Source: Octopus sinensis | Lineage: Eukaryota | Assembly: GCF_006345805.1 (NCBI RefSeq) | Contig: NC_042997.1 | Coordinates: 198,152,001-198,216,000, forward strand | Direction of reading: 5' to 3' | DNA length: 64,000 bases | Shown here: in pieces, positions 25,790 to 38,141 of the stretch | Position numbering within the stretch: the first letter of the stretch is position 1 | Layout: every line of letters begins with the position of its first letter | Position numbers and translations under genes: made by a program | The notes under the pieces: model-generated | Database searches by the model: none | What the model was told of the DNA's origin: nothing | Seen by the model: the letters and a program-made list of their open reading frames with translations, nothing else

Positions 25790-26782
25790 ATGTATAAGGG
25801 TGGAAAGGAACATACGAGTTGATATATATGAAAAAACAAGTCAAAAATAGAAAATGCTAAGATAATTTTATAGTGAATCTTTCAGTACCGGTTTCGGTCA
25901 TTTTGAGACCTTTTCAACTGTAACGATTAAATATTTAAATTTAGAAAAATTAGAAGAAAAGTTTTTTTAAAAGAATATTTCTGTAGTAGTGTTCAGATAT
26001 AAGTAGCATTCTGCCTTTCTCTGACTCCCTTGTTTGCACTTGTGTGTTCGAGGTCGTTTTGATTCTTGGTAGGATAGGTGAAGAATAAGGAGGCTGATGT
26101 GAGAGGGGGTGGGGAAATCTGGGAGTGCCTTAATGGTCGTATTTTGAATGGTCAGTGGCTGACAGTAGTCGCAGTTCAATTCAGGAATTGTTTATGGAAT
26201 TTGCGTAGGCGTTATACTGAAAGACATTAGTGACAAGGTTAAGGGGTGGAAGGTGGAGAAGTAGAAGAAGAAGTAGATGACGATGTTGATGATGATGAAG
26301 ATGAAGAAGAAGAAGAAGAAGAAGAAGGAGAAGGAGAAGATGGTGGTGATGATGGTGGTGATGATGATGACGACGATGATGATGATAATGATGATGATGA
26401 AGGAGAAGAGGAAGAAGAAGAAGAAAAAACAGAGAAGGGAGGATATGATTGGGTGAAAGTATAGCTGGGATGGGGCTGATTAGTAATGGATTCTATGGAG
26501 TGTAATATTTGTGTGTGTATATATTTCTTTTATTCTAAAGTTGAGGTATATTAATTGTTTGTCGTAGACCCGTTAAGAAGTGGCTTGTATTTTGTAATAA
26601 AGAGATTTTCTTTACTTATTCGTTGTCTCGAGGTTGTATCGTCCCTAAATTGGTAGAGGGGGGAAAATCCTGAAGTTTGGTGTTTTTTTGTTGGCGCAAG
26701 TATCTATGTGTTGGCTAAAAGCTATTTTTCTGTTTTGGGGAATTTTTATCTGGGATCTGTGCAGGGCCATTCGTTTACGCAA
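25790..26782 (-). mobile_element. Penelope-like element 3' part: GIY-YIG C-terminus, microsatellite-rich UTR, hammerhead
   Basis: Minus-strand 26780-26551 reads RKRMALHRSQIKIPQNRKIAFSQHIDTCA..FRIFP(frameshift)YQF..RQRISKENLFITKYKPLLNG..*, consistent with a PLE GIY-YIG end; hammerhead-like fold at 25883-25920. Confidence 0.75.
25883..25920 (-). ncRNA. Minimal type-I hammerhead ribozyme candidate, U3-A8 core variant
   Basis: RNA CAG-UUGAAAA-GGUC-UCAAAAU-GACC-GAAA-CCGG-UA-CUG: stems I (CAG/CUG) and II (GGUC/GACC) pair, palindromic ACCGGU stem III, GUA cleavage triplet. Confidence 0.7.
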
Positions 26783-27237
26783 ACCATTTTTTGAAACCCT
26801 TTAAGCTAAACACTACATTTAAGCACGTGCATCCTAATTCTCCAAAGAAGTTTTTCCAAGGACTATTATTGAACTCTAAAAGCATAAAGACTCTACGATG
26901 TATTGGTATACTTATTTATTAAATTTGTATATATGTATTATTATTTTTTTGAAAAAACATTGCAAATTTCTTTTTCCCCCTTCCTCAATTTAAAAAAAAT
27001 TCTTTTCCCCTTCCAAATCTTGAAAATTTACCTTGCAATGAAAACCGTTTCGATTTATTATTTTTTTCTTTTTCAATTTTCCATACACCCATTTTTATAA
27101 AAATTTACTTTCAATTTAGCATTCTGCCTTATTATAATTGTTCCTCTTCTATCATTTCTCCATGTGCGGTTAACACAACCCCATCATTTACTGACTTATA
27201 TATATATATATATATATCAGATATGTATATGTACGCA

Positions 27238-27862
27238 TAATAATGGATGTCTGTCGGGGTTCGACAATGATATCAGTAACGCCGGAGGTGGGAGCGGAAT
27301 CCAAAGGCAGATGCGCAGACGCGACCACATGTTGGGCAGGTGACAGCAGAAGTAGGGTTGGGGATCCTCCCTCTTCGGGCTTGTCGCTTCTGGTCCAGGC
27401 TTTTGAGTCGCTTTTCCTCGAACAGCCTAACACCCTTTTGGACAGCTGGACGCCAGGCGCCGCGGTCAGAGGCAAGCGATTCCCAGCCACGGGCTGAAAT
27501 GCCGCTGGCTTCAAGGGAAATTTTCAGGCTGTCCTTGTATCGCCTCAGTGGCCTTCCAGGGTTTCTTGGTCCAGAAGCCAGCTCAGAGAAGAAGATCATC
27601 TTTGATAGACGCGCATCGTCTATTCAGACTACATGTCCGACCCACCGGAGCTGGGCCTTCATAATGAGGACTTCGATACCGGGCATTTCGGCTCTGCGAA
27701 GAACCTCAGTGTTAGAGACTCTGTCCTCCCTGGAAATTCCCATGAGACGTCGCTAGCAGCGGAGGTGGAACTGGTCAAGTACTCGCAATTGCCTCCTGTA
27801 CGCCCCACAGCCGTGTTGACGACTGCCCTATAGACTGCTAGCTTGGTGGAAAGTCTGATGCA
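27238..27862 (-). mobile_element. RTE-BovB-like LINE, 3' fragment
   Basis: Translation IRLSTKLAVYRAVV..YRRQLRVLDQFHLRC*RRLMGISREDRVSNTEVLRRAEMPGIEVLIMKAQLRWVGHVV..SKMIFFSEL..GRPLRRYKDSLK..CPTCGRVCASAFGFRSHLR is the classic RTE C-terminus with zinc-finger-like end. Confidence 0.93.
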
Positions 27863-28708
27863 TACACATACATAATTATACACTTTATAGACTGTCACGT
27901 GTTTTGACGTTTTATTTTGTTGACTTGAAACAACAATAGAAAAAAATCAAGTAGCACTATCACTTTTATGCATGAAAATAACTACATTGTACCATATGTA
28001 TACATAAATTTCTTAAGAGAAATCCGTTAACGAATAAATAAGGATTGTAATAGCGTAATTGGATACGTTGTTAACACAAAAGGTTTTCACTAGCGTTTGA
28101 AGTGTGGCGGTGTGGAAGTTACTAAGCGTATTAGTCGCACTATCTTCTAGTTTGTAATTTATTTGTTGGTTGGTGGGAGGATTTATACGCATGTAGGTAG
28201 AATTTCCTTCAAAAATGAAAATAAAAGAAAAGGTAAAGATGGCGGTTTTAGTGTGTAACAATTGATTAGATCATTTTTGAAGTTGGATTTATTAATTAGT
28301 CTGTATATTGAGACAGTTATCTGGTCGAGGATGTAAGATGGTATTAAAACTGCGAGTCATTGTACGGAGTATCATAAATCAACTGGGATGGGCATTTCTA
28401 GAGAATCTTCAAAGACATCCTTAATGATGAGCGGGATATAAAAATGAGTGCAGAAGATAAGAAAGAAATAGAGGAAGAAAGGTGAGGGTGTGAGGGGAAT
28501 AAGTTGGTTAGGTAAGAATAACAGCAGTCACCTTTGGTGAGAAGAAGAGTGAATACGTTTAAAGCGGTTAAGACATTAATGTAGCAATGGGTGATACAAG
28601 TTATTGTAAAATATTGGGAAAATATATAAAATATTATTATACTTTTTAGGTAATGCATACTAATACTAAAATTCATGTAGAAAAATAGAGAACTACAATA
28701 TTATATAT

Positions 28709-28759
<51 letters not shown>

Positions 28760-28761
<2 letters not shown>

Positions 28762-28993
28762 CCGGAGTAAACACATAAATGTGAAACAAGGCGGAAAAAA
28801 GAGTACTCAAATACCAGAGGTAGAGTAATATGCTTTATTTAAAAGCAGCAGAAATTTAACAAAAGCTTTTCCTCGGAGTTTCACGTTCCCATTCGTCGGA
28901 CAGTTTTGTTAAAATAGCAAAACTGTCCGACGAATGGGAAGGTGGAACTCCGAGTAACAGTTTTTGTTAAATTTCTGCTGCTTTTAAATAAAG
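28760..28993. mobile_element. Short PLE-type non-autonomous element with a 76-bp fold-back
   Basis: 28833-28908 is inverted at 28918-28993 with a 9-bp spacer; same family as 31508-31672; embedded in (TA)n. Confidence 0.8.
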
Positions 28994-28994
28994 T

Positions 28995-29006
28995 AAAGTA
29001 TGTATG

Positions 29007-29063
<57 letters not shown>

Positions 29064-29092
29064 TATATATATATAATATATATATATAATAT

Positions 29093-29134
<42 letters not shown>

Positions 29135-29187
29135 ATATATATAATATATATATATATGTATGTATATATATATATATATATGTTATG

Positions 29188-29236
<49 letters not shown>

Positions 29237-29355
29237 GTATGTATATATATATATGTATGTATATATATATATTATGTATGTATATTATATATGTATGTAT
29301 ATATATTATGTATGTATATATATATGTATGTATATATATATTATATATATATATA

Positions 29356-29387
<32 letters not shown>

Positions 29388-29390
29388 ACA
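28995..29390. repeat. Long (TA)n/(TATG)n microsatellite
   Basis: Directly visible. Similar tracts occur at 18170-18236 (TAA), 26265-26430 (GAA/GAT), 34570-34960, 36930-37230, 37570-37835, 41137-41190 and 62030-62340. Confidence 0.97.
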
Positions 29391-29449
29391 CTTGGAAAAG
29401 GCTGCGTGGCGTTCGATCATATAATAATATAAATAATATATAAATACAT

Positions 29450-29670
29450 GCATATATGTACATACCTACATATATATGTATATATACATGCATATATGGG
29501 TACAGGACATCAAGAAAAGTTGAACAAAATAAGAAATGATAACATAAAAACCAAAACATAGAAAACGAACTTTTTTCGAACTACGAAAAAAAAACAGAAA
29601 CGAGACCTACAACATAAAGAATATCCCCCTTCTTCAGTTGTCCCTGTTTCATCTACTCAGCGTTTCGTGG
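29450..29670 (-). mobile_element. PLE-type terminal repeat fragment, same family as 61735-61990
   Basis: Shares GATGAAACAGGGACAACTGA and the GATGTCCTGTACCCATATATGCATG end with the 61.8-kb copy. Confidence 0.65.
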
Positions 29671-29754
29671 CACTCCGTCGGTTTCGACTACGAGGGTTCC
29701 AGTTGATCCGATCAACGGAACAGCTTGCTCGTGAAATTAACGTGCAAGTGGCAA

Positions 29755-30623
29755 ACATGTTGATTTTAGTCTCGTCAAAAGAATTTTATTCCCAAACTCC
29801 TTCCTTTGCTCACATAGTTTTCGGCAAAAGAAAGACGACTTGATTTATGCCTGGTAGTGAGGAGAGTCTTCCTACAAGGAATGCATCTATGAAGACCTCA
29901 CTAGTTTAAACTTCGGCGAACTGTTTGAGTGGATACACTCTTTCCAATAAGTGAAGGTACTTCTTGAGCCAAAGATGAAACGGTACGCGCCTGTCGCCCA
30001 TCACCCATCGTTGGATGTGGCGAATATCAGGCGCAGTTAAAATGGAAGGATGAACTTGTCGTTGTTTATTGCTCAGCCGTCCAGTAGCTTTGTACTTCTG
30101 AGTTCCTTTGGCAACCGTGTTTACGCTCACATGTATTCGCTTGCTAATTAACTTGTATCCTAAACCATTCTTGTGCAAATTAAAAATAATTTTCTTCAAA
30201 TCTTCAGACAATTCTTTTCCTTTTGGTGCTATTTTAATCATAATGAAGACGATTTTCACCACCGTACACAAATCAGAATTCCTGCAAATGCAATAACAAT
30301 GACCGGTGCAAAAATGCCAGGAGAAATAATTTATTAGAATTGAAATTATCAGCAATGTTTGAATTTAGAAAAAAAAAAATGGATGAAACATTGAATATAT
30401 TAAGTTTCCTTTAGGGTGTACATATTCTTGTAACGTTTGAAAATTAATATTTCGTTCATACCTCTGAAAATGTTTATTGCTTTGTGTTTCAAAATTGTTT
30501 AATGTTTGTATGTATAATATATTTTATTCGGTGTAAATTTCGTTTGATTTACTTCGATATTACCAGAGTAATGGCAATTTTACGGAAACATTTTAGGGGT
30601 GTACATACTTCTGTGAGATACTG
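29755..30623 (-). mobile_element. Tc1-like transposon with IR-DR-type end, 3' half missing
   Basis: End CAGTATCTCACAGAAGTATGTACACCCCTAAA with an inner direct repeat at 30411-30430; ORF ..PKGKELSEDLKKIIFNLHKNGLGYKLISK..; downstream GLHRCIPCRKTLLTTRHKSSRLSFA..DETKIN (first catalytic Asp). Confidence 0.9.
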
Positions 30624-31149
30624 TTTATATGTGTGTATATATATACATAATATATATGGATATATATTAAATAATTGCTATGGAAGACAGAGTGTGCTGT
30701 AGCCTTTAATTAGCACGACGATCTTACCAACATCATCCTTCCACAGAGTAGCAAATTGTACTTATTTATAACACTGTAACGTATTATGTAACCCGATGGG
30801 TTTACTTCTGCACTGTGGGGTGCATTGGATTACATTATACCTTTCCCCACTCACAAGGGAGCATTGCAGATATAAACCGAAACGTTCGCTGTACTAAATA
30901 AAGTTTACAGAATACTCTGTCTTCTCTATCAAATATTTAAAATGCGCTAAATGTGCACCGCGGAATTCTTTATGTAGATCCTGCGACTAAAGTGCAGTAT
31001 CGCGGATGACGTCCGGTAGCCGTATGTGGTGAACGTGCTCTCAGACCACACTACTAGGGACATACCCGAAACAAAGTTTGGGTGTTGCATTTTAAATTCA
31101 CCTATCTCAACTTTAATCTTAAACGTGGACTCTCCCTGTCTCACTATTT

Positions 31150-31192
<43 letters not shown>

Positions 31193-31441
31193 GTATACTT
31201 ATATATATATTTCATATTTTGGACTAATGCGTATATGTCGATTAGTGTGTTGAAGTGTTGAGTAAAGCATTGGCACAGTTTGGGCTCCCTGGTGTTATGT
31301 GGTCGGGGTATATTTCCGTTGGATCTACTTCAGGAACACCTCTCTGTTAGTTGATATGATAATAATTTCTTAAGGAAGGAGGAGATAGATTTATATAAAA
31401 TATAAATTAATACCAAATCCATCTTCTCATTACTTAAGCAG

Positions 31442-31501
<60 letters not shown>

Positions 31502-31507
31502 TATAAC

Positions 31508-31666
31508 TCGGACAGTTTTAACAAAACTGTCCGACGATCGGGAACGTGAAACTCTGAGTAACAGCTTTTGTTATATTTCTGCTGGTTTTAAATAAAGCAC
31601 ATTACTCTACCTCTGGTATTTGAGTACTCTTTTCTTCCACCTTGTTTCACATTTATGTGCTTACTC

Positions 31667-31672
<6 letters not shown>
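31508..31672 (+). mobile_element. Second copy of the CCGACGA hammerhead-like PLE-type element with a 12-bp fold-back
   Basis: TCGGACAGTTTT / AAAACTGTCCGA inverted at the 5' end; remainder matches the rc of 28760-28908. Confidence 0.8.
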
Positions 31673-31741
<69 letters not shown>

Positions 31742-31745
31742 CATA

Positions 31746-32587
31746 CAGGGTGCGATGGGTAAATTGTTACCATTTTATATTTTTAATTTCTAACGTGTGC
31801 ATTGTTTGTAAGGTCTGTTGGGCACTGTAACAAAAAACGCACCACGACACAATTTTTTCCGCCAGAAATTTGAAAACGACAAGCTGTACTGCTTGGCATT
31901 TGCACCGTAGCTCCTATACGAACAGATGGTGAACACACAAAACAACCGTTGGTTTGCCGTGTCTCCCAAAATAAATACCGAGAATGATAAAAAAAAATCA
32001 AGCATCCAGTCAACATCATGGTGTTTGGTGTGATCACTTGTGATGGCGACGTTATGATTCCATTCATTTTCCCAGGTTCAAGACGGAAGACTACATGAAG
32101 TGCCTGGAGGAGGTAGTGCTGCTCTGGGTCAAGAGGATGGCTGCTGGAAGATCTTGTGTCTGGCTACACGGCTCTGCACCATGCCTCACAAGCAGGAGAA
32201 CCCAGTCATAGCTGTCAGCCAATTTCTGTAACCACATCACCCCTAACATCTGGCCACCTAACTCCCCAGATTGCAACCCCTTCATTATTATGTGGGACGC
32301 AGTTGAGTGAGAGACCAACAAAACTCCCTTGTAACACCAAAGATGAACTGAATGCAAGGATTATGGCAGCAGTCACCAACTTAAACAAGGAGGCCATCAA
32401 GGAGAGACGAATGAGATTCCGAAGTCGTATGGAGGCCGTGGTTGAGGCCAATGACAATTATATTGAATAAATTTACTCTTTAGTATTTCAAGATACTTTT
32501 TACGTAATTTTGGTAAATGTATTTGTGAAAATGAGTGTTATTTTCATTTTTGCGTAATTTAGACGACAGTTTATTCACTGCACCCTG
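31746..32587 (+). mobile_element. maT (DD37D)-like Tc1/mariner transposon, internally deleted
   Basis: TIRs CAGGGTGC.../...GCACCCTG; translation KHPVNIMVFGVITCDGDVM..WxxxSAPC.TSRRTQS*LS..WPPNSPDCNPL[H]Y..RFRSRMEAVVEANDNYIE*; 37 residues between the inferred second and third catalytic positions, both mutated here. Confidence 0.85.
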
Positions 32588-32857
32588 TTTACATGCTATA
32601 TACAGAAAGTGAGGATTCAGTTATTAGACAGCGGATATATTGGGGGTACCGCCTTAAAGAATTTTGATCAAACGTTTTTTAAAGTCTGGTTATTATTCAA
32701 TCGGTCTCTTTTGCCGAACCACTAAGTTACTTGGACGTAAACACACGAACAACGGCTTTCAGGTAATGGCGGGGACAAGTACAAAAGCACATACAAAAGC
32801 ACATATGTATATACCAACCTTGTGTGGTAAAAAGTTGAAGTATGTATATATATATAT

Positions 32858-33055
32858 CATAAAATCCGTTCTGTCCGTCTGTCTGTGTGTCTTCTCGGAT
32901 CTCGGGCTTCCTCCATCTGATTGCGCTCAAATTTGATATGTAGAAAACCGACAGTATCAGGGTGTGTATAAGTCTTGAAAAATTTACAAAAATCGATTCC
33001 AGGTGATAATGCGATCGATAAAGCCGTTTTTATCCTGCTTTTCTTCCGTCAACCT
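32858..33055 (+). mobile_element. Helentron/DINE-1-like terminal fragment
   Basis: ATAAAATCCGTTCTGTCCGTCTGTCTGTGTG...CCATCTGATTGCGCTCAAATTTGATATG arrangement; motif resemblance only. Confidence 0.5.
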
Positions 33056-34596
33056 GTACATAACTGCGCAACTTCCATTATTTGTTGTTTCTGTACTGCT
33101 TAAAGGCACGTTTCTTTCCTGCCAAGCTTACTGTTTAAACCATCTTTGTGTTCTCCTTGCCAACAGCCTTATCATTACTGGTTCTTTAAACTCTTCGGTT
33201 ACATATTTGTGTGAATGAAATCGTTTTCCTTTGAAATAGAAAAAAAATCTATATTTATTTCTTCTTTTGCTGGTGTCTCAAATTTAGGTTACATCAGTGT
33301 TTCTCAAAGGGGAAGCCTATGGGATGGTCGTACAAGTTGTATTAAGAAAATTTGGTTTAAATGTTTAACAACTCAGCACCGTCCATTGGACGGTGGGGGG
33401 GGGGGCTTTTGCTCGTGTATATATATATATATAGAATTAAAACTTAGAATGAAAATAATGATAAAATTTTTTGCGTCTGTGTACTTGTTTTGTCAGATTC
33501 TTGATAAAAATTGTCTTTTCATTTTGCCGTTTATTTAAACTAAATGTGATCAGAATATAATCGTTAAGTGAATATTATCTGTTATTAAAATCTGGGTGGC
33601 AGTATAAATGAATTTAATTATATCTTAAATATTTTCCGTAGCCTCAAATAATGTTTGATCAACCATATTCTCAAAGACGCCGTCGTAGATGATATAATGT
33701 CACATCATGATTACAAAACAGAAAAAAGATTAAAAAATATGGATATTTAAACATGCTTACGCAAATACCGATGACCGGTCTTAATCATGAGTGATTGATA
33801 CAGATTCAATATAAAGAAAAGAAATAAATTTAGGTAAATTGATTTTGTCAGTGATCTTTTTGAAAGGAAATATGTTTTGTGAGAGGATATTTTTCTGACA
33901 ATCAGGAATAACGAACGATGAATACATGCTTATGAAGCATGATTTCTTTCTGAGAGATTGTATAGATTGTAAATCTATATAATGATAGAGTGAAGAAGCA
34001 AAAGAAGCCCTGCATAAAACCATGATTGGCTGATTCTCTTACAGTGATAAAATGAACATTGATTATGTTGTATTAAATATTATTTCCAAATTATATGTTT
34101 CTGAGGATCGATATTCCTATGAAATACTCTTCTAATTCATGAAATGCCTGATACAGGTCGCAGATTTTGAATTTTCATATCGGACTTAATCGACTACCAA
34201 ATTAATTGAGTTTATTCTCAATCAATCAGGGATTATTGTGCTGCGATATCAAATGGCAGTTAATCATAGAGAACGATTACATTCATCTAAGCCTTGACAA
34301 ATGCAGCCGCCCAACCATTCCGGCAGATGCTGCTTAGAGAACGTAGCTCATTGTACACCCATTGCTGTTCAGACCCGGAACTGCTACATAAACTATTGTC
34401 AACCATACTGGGCTCCATGTAAATATAACGCCTTTAAAAGTACAGAATTCTCAACACGCTGTCGTTGATAGAATATTAATTCAGCATTTCTCAGCGCGTT
34501 TCCAATTGAAAGGACCTATGATACAGAACGTTAAGTTATACATATAAGCACACTCGTATGCAAACAAGTACATACATACATACATACATACATACA

Positions 34597-34628
<32 letters not shown>

Positions 34629-34788
34629 AATTATATAATTATATATATATATATATTTTGTTTTTGTTTGCTCCAGCTCAGAGCTACGGCCATGCTGATG
34701 CACCGCCGTTTAAATATATATAAATTATATAAATTAATTTTATATATATAATATATATGTTAATTTAAGATATATTAATTTAATTATA

Positions 34789-34832
<44 letters not shown>

Positions 34833-34911
34833 TTAATGTGTGTATGTATATATATATAAATTTAATGTGTGTATATATATACATATATAAATTTAATGTG
34901 TGTGTATATAT

Positions 34912-34964
<53 letters not shown>

Positions 34965-35692
34965 TCATATAGATGAATTAAATACTCTTTTACTTGTTTC
35001 CGGCATTTGACTGTGGCCATGCTGGAGCACCGCCTTAACTTTGGAGTAGTTGTGTTGTATAAATTTGTTATAGGCTTACGCTGTTTGATGTCGCGATTGA
35101 GTTATTCTGAGAAGCTTATGAGTTTGGTGAAGTTTCGTCTTCTGTGTGAAGGACCTGACATCTTAGAAATATTTTTCTCTGTTAGACAAAAGAGAATTTT
35201 TTCATTTAATTATCATTCGTTTTGTGGCTTATGCTGGATAGAAAGTTTGCTACGTTTCGCCTTTTCTTCGCTTATTTTCTTTGTAATTTCATTTTGCTGC
35301 TTGATAGTTACGTTTGTGTGTGGCTTTGATGTTATATGCTGAATAATTTACCAGAGTACATGTAAAATTCCAGCGATTCTGAAGTCATGTTTGGATTCTT
35401 TTCATTGATAATAGCCGACGGTTTGTTACTATGAAATTTCGAGCTCAAATTTTTACCTTTCAAATAGTGTTCGGATTATAAAAGCACCAACAGTTCTGAT
35501 ACAGTATATTCAAAAGAAAGCCATATGGCAAGAGGTGCAACTGAGGGTAGCTATATCAAACTCCATTCTTCACCAAGTGTCACATATTGGAGGAGGCTCT
35601 TAGTAATAACGGTGTATCAAAACGGCGGTGTCTCAGCATGGCCGCAGCTCTGAGCTGAAACTAGAGAGAAAAAATGTATAAATTATATATAT

Positions 35693-35987
35693 CACGTGAC
35701 CGACCAGGCTATCAGATGTTGTTACACATCGCTGGTCACAATGCGCTTCGCATTGTTTTAGCCTTCAAATGACGCCACCCCGCTGGCTAAGCGAGCAGGC
35801 CAACAGAACAAAGAGTGAGAGAAAGTTGCGGCGAAAGAGTACAGCAGGGATCGCCACCACCCACTGCCTCGCGGAGCTTTAGGTGTTTTCGCTCAATAAA
35901 CACACACAACGCCTGGTCTGGGAATTGAAACCGCGATCCTACGACCACGAGTCCGCTTCCCTAACCACTGGGCCATTGCGCCTCCAC
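35693..35987 (-). mobile_element. tRNA-derived SINE, working family C, full length with 15-bp TSD
   Basis: Matches 55035-55316; ATAAATTATATATAT at 35678-35692 and 35988-36002. Confidence 0.93.
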
Positions 35988-36930
35988 ATAAATTATATAT
36001 ATGTATTTATAAATTATTCAATACTTGAAAGAAAACCATATCCGTTCTTCTTAATAGTAAGCTGGTACTTGAATTTGTTTTTACTGTTATTTACAACTCA
36101 AACGATTGAGTAGATGCTCCCCCATTGTTATTTAACAATGTATGTTCGTAGATGGATTGTTTAGAAAAATATCTTCGGTTGTAGAGACGGTCAGTGAAAG
36201 ATCGTGTCATAATGAATATTTATTTCATTACTTCGAATAGTTAAATTATCATGTTATCTACAGTCAACGTTGGTGACCTTTAATTCTTTTCAAATTCTAA
36301 TTATTAACTGCAAAATCTAATTCTATAAAACTACAAGTTGTAGGTGCTTAAGGCACCCTAGAAAATATTGGTTTCATTTAGTATTGACAATTAAATTATA
36401 AAATCTAGCAATTGCGTTAAAAATAATATGTATAATTCCCAAGTATGAATATATAATTAGTCTTTAAAAATTAATTATGTCTCGGCTTTGTTAACAACAC
36501 TGTGTGTGTGTGTGTGCTTATGTGTGTTTCAGGTATAGTGTATGCGCACATTTGCGCTTCTACTCAATATATATGTACATGTATGCACACGTGCATAGAT
36601 GTACATGTGTTCGATTTACGTTTTCGCCATAAAAATGTCTTTTAACAGATTTCCTTGAGATAACAATACTAAATGAGTGACAGAATGGATAATTACTTTC
36701 TGTTTTGATGAAACGTTCTTTTGCATTCTACATTAAGACTTTGAAAAAAAAATTAATTAAAAATTAAATTACTATTGATTAATACTTGTAATATTGTTAT
36801 TAGTAAAAATATCAACAAATTAAGAGAACGTTAAAAATAATAGATATCTAATTACGTCTCTCTTTTCTCTATGTATGTATATTCCTGTCAGAATACGTAC
36901 ACACATATATACATAAAGTTCACACACGCA

Positions 36931-36974
<44 letters not shown>

Positions 36975-37711
36975 ATATCAATCTGTGTAAAAAAATATGT
37001 ATATACGTGTGTGTATATATATATGTATATGTATACATATATGCATATATAATATATATATATATGTATATATAATATATATATATATAGAGAGAGAGAG
37101 AGATAGAGAGAGAGAGAGATAGATAGATAAAGAGAGAGAGAGATAGAGAGAGATAGATAGATAGAGAGAGAGATGTGCATATATACATATATATGTGTAT
37201 GCATGTATACACAAGTACATACACACACATAGATATCAGTAAGTATTAGAGGCATTTTTCAACTAAATTACCACATTTAATTGTAATTTATATTTGAAAC
37301 CTTTCCTTTGGCTAATTTATTTTAATTCATTGCTACTCAAATTATGTTATTGACTGAACTAAATTTTTATAATTAATTTCAAAATTAATTATGAAATGTA
37401 CACTTATGTGTAATATCTCAACCACAAACTAAGACAGTGTTGTTCTTAGTATTGTTATATAAAGAGGATGTCGTGTCACGATTTCACAAGACATGCACAA
37501 CTACACTCCCACCCAACATACGATGACATATACGCAAATACGCATACAAACATATATACACATGACTTATACACGTGTGTGTGTGTGTGTGTGTGTGTGC
37601 ATTTATGTAGCAATGCATGTATCTTTTCTTTCTTTCTTTTCGAAAAGGGTACTAAACTGGTTTTTATGTCGCCAAGTTTCGCTGCTGTGCACATACACCA
37701 AACCTTTATAC

Positions 37712-37742
<31 letters not shown>

Positions 37743-37743
37743 C

Positions 37744-37790
<47 letters not shown>

Positions 37791-37930
37791 GTGTGTGTGT
37801 GTGTGTGTGTGTGTGTGTCTGTCTGTGTGTGTGCTTGTATTATTAAGAAAATTAGTCCAAAAAAGAATCATCTTACTTTGTCCAGACTCATCGGGAGCTG
37901 CGCAACAAGAACATCTGGAACATTCAACTA

Positions 37931-38141
37931 CGAAGGGAAGCTGAAGGTTCTTGGCCTTAAGGATATCGCGAAAGGCCTGGTTGAAGGCCCAAACTTCCAC
38001 GTTCTTTTACAAAGCTTAGAAAACTGAAGGACCGCTACAATAAGTGTGTGAATCTGAGAGGAGAATATGTTAAGTAGAATCATTACTGATCCTCCTGTAT
38101 TTTCTTTTACCCAAATCCAGGAACTTTTCAGCACCCCGTCG
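37931..38141 (+). mobile_element. Mariner deletion derivative of about 210 bp retaining both TIRs and the transposase C-terminus
   Basis: TA-flanked TIRs CGAAGGGAAGCTGAAGGTTCTTGG versus rc CGACGGGGTGCTGAAAAGTTCCTGG; frameshifted FFYK.LEKLKDRYNKCVNLRGEYVK*. Confidence 0.85.

Noticed and set aside
26246-26464. Acidic D/E-rich 72-aa ORF resembling a nucleolin or prothymosin tract
   Set aside because: GAA/GAT trinucleotide repeat on the antisense strand of a PLE 3' UTR; no splice or start context.
28881-29453. 190-aa and overlapping YI/IY-rich ORFs; likewise those at 11182-11542, 36820-37255, 37468-38027, 45443-47098, 51447-52010 and 62024-62399
   Set aside because: Translations of (TA)n, (CA)n and (TATC)n microsatellites, which lack stop codons in some frames; no coding signal.
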